A DNA stretch of 16,377 nt from Fidelibacterota bacterium (GTDB lineage Bacteria; Fidelibacterota; Fidelibacteria; Fidelibacterales; Fidelibacteraceae): positions 1 through 16,377 of the forward strand of contig JAYEOX010000071.1 in the NCBI GenBank assembly GCA_034723415.1. The letters run 5' to 3'. The position numbers and the translations under genes were made by a program. The notes beneath the pieces are model-generated. The model did no database searches. It was given only the letters and a program-made list of their open reading frames with translations, and was not told where the DNA came from. This document shows, one piece after another, positions 9,194 through 16,289 of this stretch. Each line of letters starts with the position of its first letter. Positions within the stretch are counted from its first letter, which is position 1.

Positions 9194-10363
9194 TTATTCA
9201 TGATGAAAACCAATAGTCGGAGCTGAAATAATTTCAAAATCAATAGTGGAATTATCAGTATCGAAACCGGGTGCTTTTCTCTCTAACGATTGCCCACTGT
9301 ATTTTTGTAGTCCAACTCCACCATAACCTCTGTCAACGAAACTTTCAATATCTTTTCTATGATTAATCCAACCACAGAATTCAACTCCGTCAACAACACA
9401 TTCCCTATCTAATCCATCAAGATAGTCTAGATCACTGCCATCTCCAAGTATTAAGACATCGCCATTTAATCCTATCATAAAATCCAAATGATGCCCAACT
9501 TCAATATTTTCTATATTCGGGACATCCGGATTATCCCAGTCTCCATAATCAGCACTATTTCTAAATTCCCAATCGGCTACAGTAAGATCTATACTTACCT
9601 CACCATTAAACACTAAATCTTTATGATTATAAGCATCTTGAGCCAAAACAACAAATTCTCCCGGTTCTACAGGATATTCCGTCCCAATTAATGGCTCACC
9701 TGGGAATTGGAAAATTGAAGTAACTTCTAAGATAGATGTCCACATACGACAAAAGACCATTCCATCGAGATATTTCGTTTCATTAGATGAATTGTATAAT
9801 TCAAAATATTGATCATAAAAATAGAAAAAATTATTTGGTGGCCCTACTGTATATATTTCATTTATTTTCAAACCCTTTTTTGAACCGCCACAGAAAATAT
9901 TTATTGTATCTATTGTGTTCATACTACTATCAGGATTGTAAATTTCTGCTGAAATAATAGGCATAGTGTCAATAAAAGTTCCATAATCAACAAATATTTC
10001 CGAATTAATATTAACATTATATTCACCCCAAGGTAGATTTTCAAAAGTTACTATTCCATTTGAATCTGTAGAATCACTATAAGAACAACCTTCATAGGCG
10101 TAAGTAAATATTTCAACAGGTATAGATGATAATTTTACTTCATCATTAAGAGAATCGATATCAAACCATGCTTGTAAAATAATATCCATTTTCCCATCAT
10201 AAATAGATGGAATATTTTGATTATTTAGACAGCCAATAATTAAAATACTGCCAAAAAATAATAGAAACATATTTTGCATGTTGATTTTTAACCTTACTTT
10301 ATTCTTTTTATTTATACTTATATTTTCTGCATCTTTGCGACTTAGCGGTACAGTTTTACTCAT
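9194..10363 (-). CDS. DUF4876-like lipoprotein, paralog C (start uncertain: 10363 or 10279)
   Basis: Lipobox LIIGC. Motifs GLKINEIY...DQYFELYNSS...YLDG, YPVEPGEFVVLAQDAYNH, SIDLTVADWE, DNPDVPN, GQSLERK and DTDNSTIDF. Confidence 0.82.
   Translation of the reverse strand: MSKTVPLSRKDAENISINKKNKVRLKINMQNMFLLFFGSILIIGCLNNQNIPSIYDGKMDIILQAWFDIDSLNDEVKLSSIPVEIFTYAYEGCSYSDSTDSNGIVTFENLPWGEYNVNINSEIFVDYGTFIDTMPIISAEIYNPDSSMNTIDTINIFCGGSKKGLKINEIYTVGPPNNFFYFYDQYFELYNSSNETKYLDGMVFCRMWTSILEVTSIFQFPGEPLIGTEYPVEPGEFVVLAQDAYNHKDLVFNGEVSIDLTVADWEFRNSADYGDWDNPDVPNIENIEVGHHLDFMIGLNGDVLILGDGSDLDYLDGLDRECVVDGVEFCGWINHRKDIESFVDRGYGGVGLQKYSGQSLERKAPGFDTDNSTIDFEIISAPTIGFHHE
10325..10348. repeat. Second copy of the 8-bp-periodic repeat (TTCTGCAT CTTTGCGA CTTAGCGG)
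   Basis: Three degenerate 8-mers. The core 10333-10347 is 14/15 identical to 683-697 and in the same orientation. It sits just after the stop of paralog B. Confidence 0.6.
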
Positions 10364-11459
10364 GATGATATCCTATTGTCGGAGATGAAATAATCTCAAA
10401 ATCAATAGTGGAATTATCTGTATCGAAACCCGGCTTTTTTCTTTCTAATGATTGTCCACTGTATTTTTGTAGTCCAACACCACCAAAACCTCTGTCAACG
10501 AAACTTTCAATAGCTTTTCTATGAGTAAAAGAACTACTATACTCAACTCCATCAATAATCGATGCACTATCCAATCCGTCAAGATAGTTAATGTCACTTC
10601 CATCCGCAAGTATTAATACATCCGAAGTCAAATTTATCATAAAATCTACATGATTACCCACTTCAAGATTTTCCAAATTCGGGACATCCAAATTATCCCA
10701 GTCTCCATAATCAGCACTATTTCTAAATTCCCAATCTGCTACAGTAAGATCTATACTTACATTACCATTAAATATCTCATCTTTATGATTATAAGCATCT
10801 TGAGCCAACACTACAAATTCTCCAGGTTCTACAGAATATTCCGTCCCAACCAATGGTTCGCCTGGGAATTGATAAATATATGTTATATTTTCAATTGTAG
10901 TTCCCATTCTACAAAATACCATTCCATCAAGATATTTCGTTTCAGGAGATGAATTATATAATTCAACATATTGATCAAAGAAATAGAAAAAATTATTTGG
11001 TGGTCCCACTGAATATATTTCATTTATTTTCAAACCCTTTTTTGAACCACCACATAAAATATTTATTGTATCTATTGTATTCATACTACTATCAGGATTG
11101 TAAATTCCTGCTGAAATAATAGGCATTGTATCAATAAAAGTTCCATAATCCACAATTATTTCAGAATTAATATTAACATTATATTCGCTCCAAGGTAGAT
11201 TTTCAAAAGTTACTATTCCATTTGAATCTGTAGAATTAATATAAGAACAACCTTCATAGGCGTAAGTAAATATTTCAACAGGTATAGATGATAATTTTGC
11301 TTCGTCATTCAAAGAATCAATTTCAAACCACGCTTGTAAAGTAATATCCATTTTCCCATCATAAGTAGATGGGATATTTTGATTATTTAGACAGCCAATA
11401 ATCAAAATAAAGTTAAAAAATAACAATAAAATATTTTGTAAATTAATCCTTAATTTCAT
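10356..11459 (-). CDS. DUF4876-like lipoprotein, paralog B (367 aa)
   Basis: Lipobox LIIGC and the same motif set as its neighbours. AGGAA SD upstream of the ATG. Confidence 0.85.
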   Translation of the reverse strand: MKLRINLQNILLLFFNFILIIGCLNNQNIPSTYDGKMDITLQAWFEIDSLNDEAKLSSIPVEIFTYAYEGCSYINSTDSNGIVTFENLPWSEYNVNINSEIIVDYGTFIDTMPIISAGIYNPDSSMNTIDTINILCGGSKKGLKINEIYSVGPPNNFFYFFDQYVELYNSSPETKYLDGMVFCRMGTTIENITYIYQFPGEPLVGTEYSVEPGEFVVLAQDAYNHKDEIFNGNVSIDLTVADWEFRNSADYGDWDNLDVPNLENLEVGNHVDFMINLTSDVLILADGSDINYLDGLDSASIIDGVEYSSSFTHRKAIESFVDRGFGGVGLQKYSGQSLERKKPGFDTDNSTIDFEIISSPTIGYHHE

Positions 11460-11482
11460 TTTATTCCTACAAAATTATTTTT

Positions 11483-12583
11483 TCATTCATGTTGATAACC
11501 AATTGTCGGAGCTGAAATAATTTCAAAATCAACAGTGGAATTATTAGTATCAAATCCCGGAGCTATTCTCTCTAATGATTGTCCGCTATATTTCTGTAGT
11601 CCAACTCCACCCCAACCTCTATCAATATATTTTTCAATACATTTTGTATGATTTGTCCAACCACAATATTCCACTCCGTCAACAACTGAGGCACTATCAA
11701 TTCCATCAAGATAATTAATATCACTGCCGTCAGTTATAAGAATAACATCCGCAGTAAGACCTATTCCAAAATCAGTATGGCAACCAATTTCGATATTTTC
11801 CAAATTCGGCACATTAGGATTATCCCAATCTCCATAATCAGCACTATTTCTAAATTCCCAATCTGCATTCGAAAGATCAATACTACTTGACACAATCTTG
11901 CGATGGTCATAAGCATCTTTTGCGACTATAACGAAAGAATTAGGTTGCACAGGATATTTCCGTCCTATTAAAGGTTCTCCTGGAAATTGAAATATTGATG
12001 ATGCCCACGCCAGCATTTTATAAATCCTGACAAACATCATCCCATCAAGGTAAACGATATCTTTAGAAGAATTATAAAGTTCAAAATAATCATCAGAACA
12101 ATAAAAGAAATTATTTGGTGGAGCAGTCGTGTATAGCTCATTTATTTTCAAACCTTTTTCCGAACCACCACATAAAATATTTAATGTATCTATTATATTT
12201 ACACTACTATCTGGGTTATAAATTCCTGCCGCAACAATAGGCATTGTATCAATAAAAGTTCCATAATCCACAATTATTTCAGAATTAATATTAACATTAT
12301 ATTCGCTCCAAGGGAGATTTTCAAAAATTACTATTCCATTTGAATCTGTAGAATTAATATAAGAACAACCTTCATAGGCGTAAGTAAATATTTCAACAGG
12401 TATAGATGAGAATTTTGCTTCGTCATTCAAAGAATCAATATCAAACCATGCTTGTAAAGTAATATCCATTCCCCCATCATAAGTAGATGGAATATTTTGA
12501 TTATTTAGACAACCAATAATAAAAATAAAGTTAAATAATAATAGTAAAATATTTGTTGAATTGATCTTTTTAATTTTCTTCAT
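11483..12583 (-). CDS. DUF4876-like lipoprotein, paralog A (366 aa)
   Basis: Lipobox FIIGC and the same motif set, including DTNNSTVDF (the NNS motif I associate with DUF4876). Starts 21 nt downstream of the TBDR stop. Confidence 0.85.
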   Translation of the reverse strand: MKKIKKINSTNILLLLFNFIFIIGCLNNQNIPSTYDGGMDITLQAWFDIDSLNDEAKFSSIPVEIFTYAYEGCSYINSTDSNGIVIFENLPWSEYNVNINSEIIVDYGTFIDTMPIVAAGIYNPDSSVNIIDTLNILCGGSEKGLKINELYTTAPPNNFFYCSDDYFELYNSSKDIVYLDGMMFVRIYKMLAWASSIFQFPGEPLIGRKYPVQPNSFVIVAKDAYDHRKIVSSSIDLSNADWEFRNSADYGDWDNPNVPNLENIEIGCHTDFGIGLTADVILITDGSDINYLDGIDSASVVDGVEYCGWTNHTKCIEKYIDRGWGGVGLQKYSGQSLERIAPGFDTNNSTVDFEIISAPTIGYQHE

Positions 12584-12604
12584 AATTTGTTTATTTAAAT
12601 CTTC

Positions 12605-15214
12605 TTAAAATTGTGCACTTATTTCTAACCCATAAAAAATATCAGGATTTAATTCTCTTATATAATCAAGATATTTATGAACTGATTCACCTCTATCATC
12701 AAATATATTGTTTATATATAATGATAATTCAGTGTTTTGAGTCAACGATTTTGTAATTCGCAGATCAGCTTTCCAATGACTATCGTAAGTTATAATCTTA
12801 TTATCCCAATAATCATACATACCTTGATATTGAATATATGTTACATCTTCTCTCTCATCATAATATTCCCTTGAATTTCCATGATATTCTGTCTGATATT
12901 GATAAAAGGGAATAAGTTGAACATCTAAAGTAACCCAAACACCCAATCTCTTACTAATAAAACTTAATTGATTATCAATAATAACTTTTTCTCTCCATTT
13001 TGTTGAAGGTGGATGCCAAATTTGTTCCCAAGAAGTGTCTGGACTACTATCATAAGACAAGCCACTTTTTCCGCTTTCACTATAACGATAAGTAATATTC
13101 ATTTTATATTTAACATTTTTAATACGCTTAGTTCGTAATGTGAATTCAATTCCGCTTGATTTATTCCATCCATTATTTTTATAAATTGAATACGCAACAG
13201 ATGTGATTGTATCATTATTTGTTTCATAACCCCAAGGATAAGTTTGTCCTGATGGTCTATTGTTTGATTCATTATGATATGCTGTGAGAGACATTCCAAA
13301 AAACTCAAACGGTTTCCAATCAATTGATGCTTCATATTTATTTGTAGTATATGCTTGTAGATTTAAGTTATGTTGTTGTCGAATTTCTGTTATTGTAGAA
13401 TCGCCTTCTAAGTACTCATTATAGTCAGGTGCTTTGTAGATGTATGCTAATGAGATTGATTTTGCACTTTGCCCAGCCCCAAATCTAATTTTAAAATTAT
13501 CAGAGAATGCTAAACGAAAATTAAAACGAGGACACAAAAAATCACCGTGTTTTGTGTCAAATAAAATATTATCATTCTTAAATAATGAGATTTTTGTCGG
13601 ATTAAAAACATCATACCTTAAACCTAACATCAGATCATATTTAAAATTAAATATTTTACCATCAATATTATCTTCTATATAAGCACTAAAAGATGTAAGA
13701 TCGTCATATTCATCATACGAATATGATCTTTTACCTGAATAAAATCCGTAATAATTCCTTGTAGAATCTAGTGTCAATCCTTGTCCCATATCAGTATCAT
13801 AATCTATTACCAATCCTGTTAAAATATTATTATTCAATGAACCAATTTTTCTTTTAAATCTTCCTTGAATTTTTCCATTAATTGACCAACATTTCCCGAC
13901 TACACTTTTTTTACCAATATATCCCGGTTCCATTATCTGTAAAGTTGTATCATTCTCTATTATTTCACCGGTTCCTGTTGTATCATAAAAAGTTGTATCT
14001 TTATCGACTAATATTTGGTCATTGACCCATTTCTCTTTATACTCTTTTTGATCATTAAGATTGGCACCAAAATAAATATTAAATTTTGTATTCTTTGATT
14101 TCTTATATTTAGCCGATAGATTTCCCATAGCTCTGTAACCGTGATCATAATCTCTAGTTTTCCACGGACCGATTGCCTCTTCATTATTCAATGTTTTAGT
14201 AAAACTAGAGTACATTTTTAAATCTAACTTTTCAAAAAGCTCATCACTTGAATATGTTCCTTTAACATAAAATCTATGATACTCATCGCCCTCTATACGT
14301 AAATTTCTCTCACTATATCCATAATTCAAATGGTAATCAAATACAGTTTCTCCAAGTTTATGTCCATTACTAAAACTTACTGTTTTTGTATCCGGATTCA
14401 ATTTTGCTTTGAATTTTGGAGTAACAGACCCCGACTTTGTTTTTACCTTTATAATTCCATTTGCAAAGTTACTATATTCAACAGATGGAATACCGGTAAT
14501 GACTTCAACTTCTTCAATATTATCCGCTGGAATTGTCCTTAGATCAATACCGCCTCGTCCTTCCGATGTGGCATTACCATCATCGGTCATCACATTTTCA
14601 TCTACAATAACAACACTTCCAAATGATTCCATTATTCCACCAGTGCCTGTAACCGAAACCGATCTCAAACCAACTTTGCTAGATTTTGATAATCCCGGAT
14701 TATTTGATTTCTCAACACCGGGAACCAATGATAATACATCACCCAAACTTGATGCTTGCATATGTTCAACTTCACCCGAAGTAATTTTGCGTGTTGTAGT
14801 AACTTCGGTAGGAATTACAGATTTTTCTACAGCCGAAACCTCAATACCACCAATCATAAAACAGTATTCAAGATCTCGCTTCCCCTTACACTCTATTAAT
14901 TTTACTTTCACTTTGTAAGTTTGCCCATCTTTAATTTTTAGATCAAACAAACTGTTACTAAAAAAACCATCTTTCAATGCAGCAATTTTATAAGTGCCCT
15001 CTTTTACCTGGCGTATTTCAAAGTATCCATTTTTATCACTCATAGATTCCATTTTAAAATCATTATCCGTGGGATCTTCTAATACAACCAATGCGTCTGC
15101 TATTGGTTCGTTCTTTAACTGTGTTAATATTACACCAGTAACCTTTGAATCTTTAGGGAAAGCCAAACTCAAATTGATAAATATTACAAATAGAAATATT
15201 ATTGTTTTTTTCAT
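12605..15214 (-). CDS. TonB-dependent outer-membrane receptor with an N-terminal carboxypeptidase-regulatory-like domain (about 869 aa from ATG 15214; the ORF track starts at GTG 15256)
   Basis: Signal peptide MKKTIIFLFVIFINLSLA from 15214. CarboxypepD_reg-like segment VTGVI...EPIADALV...SDKNGYFEI. Plug motifs ASSLGDVLSLVPG and GIDLRTIPADNIEEVEVITGIPSVEY...GIIKVKTK. Barrel motifs GLRYD, PRFN and YINNIFD. C-terminal beta-signal FYGLEISAQF. Confidence 0.93.
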   Translation of the reverse strand: MKKTIIFLFVIFINLSLAFPKDSKVTGVILTQLKNEPIADALVVLEDPTDNDFKMESMSDKNGYFEIRQVKEGTYKIAALKDGFFSNSLFDLKIKDGQTYKVKVKLIECKGKRDLEYCFMIGGIEVSAVEKSVIPTEVTTTRKITSGEVEHMQASSLGDVLSLVPGVEKSNNPGLSKSSKVGLRSVSVTGTGGIMESFGSVVIVDENVMTDDGNATSEGRGGIDLRTIPADNIEEVEVITGIPSVEYSNFANGIIKVKTKSGSVTPKFKAKLNPDTKTVSFSNGHKLGETVFDYHLNYGYSERNLRIEGDEYHRFYVKGTYSSDELFEKLDLKMYSSFTKTLNNEEAIGPWKTRDYDHGYRAMGNLSAKYKKSKNTKFNIYFGANLNDQKEYKEKWVNDQILVDKDTTFYDTTGTGEIIENDTTLQIMEPGYIGKKSVVGKCWSINGKIQGRFKRKIGSLNNNILTGLVIDYDTDMGQGLTLDSTRNYYGFYSGKRSYSYDEYDDLTSFSAYIEDNIDGKIFNFKYDLMLGLRYDVFNPTKISLFKNDNILFDTKHGDFLCPRFNFRLAFSDNFKIRFGAGQSAKSISLAYIYKAPDYNEYLEGDSTITEIRQQHNLNLQAYTTNKYEASIDWKPFEFFGMSLTAYHNESNNRPSGQTYPWGYETNNDTITSVAYSIYKNNGWNKSSGIEFTLRTKRIKNVKYKMNITYRYSESGKSGLSYDSSPDTSWEQIWHPPSTKWREKVIIDNQLSFISKRLGVWVTLDVQLIPFYQYQTEYHGNSREYYDEREDVTYIQYQGMYDYWDNKIITYDSHWKADLRITKSLTQNTELSLYINNIFDDRGESVHKYLDYIRELNPDIFYGLEISAQF

Positions 15215-15263
15215 TTTGTTTTTTCTTTTATTTTTTAATTTATAAAATCTACACACCTCATCA

Positions 15264-15292
15264 AGTTTATTAAAAAATAATCATTAAAGCAA
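15264..15292 (-). promoter_or_regulatory. Putative sigma70-type promoter for the TBDR operon
   Basis: Minus strand reads TTGCTT (15292-15287), a 17-nt spacer, then TAAACT (15269-15264). Confidence 0.55.
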
Positions 15293-15305
15293 AGATTTTT
15301 TTTAT

Positions 15306-15334
15306 TTGCTATAATAAATATTTATTATTATACT
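15306..15334 (+). promoter_or_regulatory. Putative sigma70-type promoter for the ABC operon, containing an 18-bp palindrome
   Basis: TTGCTA (15306-15311), a 17-nt spacer, then TATACT (15329-15334). The perfect palindrome ATAATAAATATTTATTAT occupies 15311-15328. Confidence 0.6.
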
Positions 15335-15392
15335 TACCTCGTAGTTTTTGGGATTTTGAAAATGTATCTGTCAAATAATAAAAAGGTAAAAA

Positions 15393-16280
15393 ATGAAAAA
15401 TGTAATAGAATTAAAAAATCTTACACACAAATACGGTGATAAATTAGTTCTTAACAATTTAAATCTGTCGGTAGAAAAAGGCCGTATTTTTGGTATCCTT
15501 GGAAAAAACGGGATGGGAAAAACAACAACCATTAATATCTTAATGGGATTTTTACGACCAACAAGTGGTGTCTGTAAAGTGTTAGGTGAAGATTCACATA
15601 ATATTTCTCCTAAAACAAGAGCAAAGATCGGACTGCTTCACGAGGGGCATATTGCTTATGATTTTATGACAATTAAACAAGTAGAAAAATTTTACTCTAA
15701 CTTTTTTCCCTCTTGGAAAAAGGAATATTATTACGAACTAGTAAACAAATTACATTTAGCGGACAATCATAGAATATCCAATATGTCATGTGGCCAAAGA
15801 TCACAAGTAGTGTTGGGACTGATTTTTGCACAAGATCCCGAATTAATGATCTTAGATGACTACTCAATGGGATTGGATCCAGGATATAGATCTTTATTTA
15901 TTGACTATCTAAAAGAATTTGTTTCAACAAGTGAAAAAACTGTTTTAATGACTTCACATATTATTCAGGACATGGAAAAAATAATTGATGATGCTATTAT
16001 TATGGGATATCAAAAACTTTTACTTCATACATCGCTCAAAAATTTCAAAAAATCATTTCATTGTTATCAAGTGACAAAATCCTCGGCTACTGACAATTTA
16101 CAAACCGATAATACTATTAAGAACATTGAAACGATCAAAACAAAAGTAAATATGTATTCTTTCAAAACTATTTCTGGAATAAAAAAATACTTAAAATCAA
16201 AAAATGTCTCACTAGAAACATTAAAAGAAATACCGTTAGGACTGGAAGATGCATTTATCGGATTAACAGGAAAATATTAA
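15393..16280 (+). CDS. ABC transporter ATP-binding protein (exporter/ABC-2-like subfamily with atypical motifs, 295 aa)
   Basis: Walker A GKNGMGKTT, signature MSCGQ, Walker B LMILDD, D-loop SMGLD, H-loop TSH, and C-terminal LEDAFIGLTGKY. AAGG upstream. Confidence 0.93.
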   Translation: MKNVIELKNLTHKYGDKLVLNNLNLSVEKGRIFGILGKNGMGKTTTINILMGFLRPTSGVCKVLGEDSHNISPKTRAKIGLLHEGHIAYDFMTIKQVEKFYSNFFPSWKKEYYYELVNKLHLADNHRISNMSCGQRSQVVLGLIFAQDPELMILDDYSMGLDPGYRSLFIDYLKEFVSTSEKTVLMTSHIIQDMEKIIDDAIIMGYQKLLLHTSLKNFKKSFHCYQVTKSSATDNLQTDNTIKNIETIKTKVNMYSFKTISGIKKYLKSKNVSLETLKEIPLGLEDAFIGLTGKY

Positions 16281-16289
16281 GGAAAAATT

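Larger units (their letters stand above)
9194..12583 (-). repeat. Tandem triplication of an approximately 1.1-kb lipoprotein gene
   Basis: Three colinear paralogs. Exact shared DNA tracts include 11210-11291 = 12328-12409 (82 bp) and 11118-11195 = 12236-12313 (78 bp). Confidence 0.95.

Noticed and set aside
9194..12583. Diversity-generating retroelement or invertase-driven shufflon behind the paralog variation
   Set aside because: No reverse transcriptase, recombinase, non-coding template repeat or flanking inverted repeats in the window. All three copies are full, co-oriented ORFs, with differences (including synonymous changes and an indel) along their whole length.
9194..15214. Classical SusC/SusD polysaccharide utilisation locus
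   Set aside because: The lipoproteins show no SusD TPR-type motifs, the TBDR lacks the SusC 'KDASAxAIYG' plug signature, and no recognisable CAZyme catalytic domain or PUL regulator is present.
36..15245. Short alternative-frame and antisense ORFs in the track (e.g. 36-227, 660-872, 3163-3462, 7371-7697, 10650-10952, 14409-14918)
   Set aside because: They overlap well-supported long genes or the terminator, lack recognisable motifs, and look like shadow ORFs.
15215..15256. GTG start at 15256 for the TBDR (MCRFYKLKNKRKNK extension)
   Set aside because: ATG 15214 gives a typical MKK signal peptide, and 15256 lies almost on the predicted transcription start.
15215..15392. Cobalamin or other riboswitch upstream of the TBDR
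   Set aside because: The spacer is short and extremely AT-rich, with no B12-box or structured GC-rich leader. The predicted promoter leaves only about 45 nt of 5' UTR.
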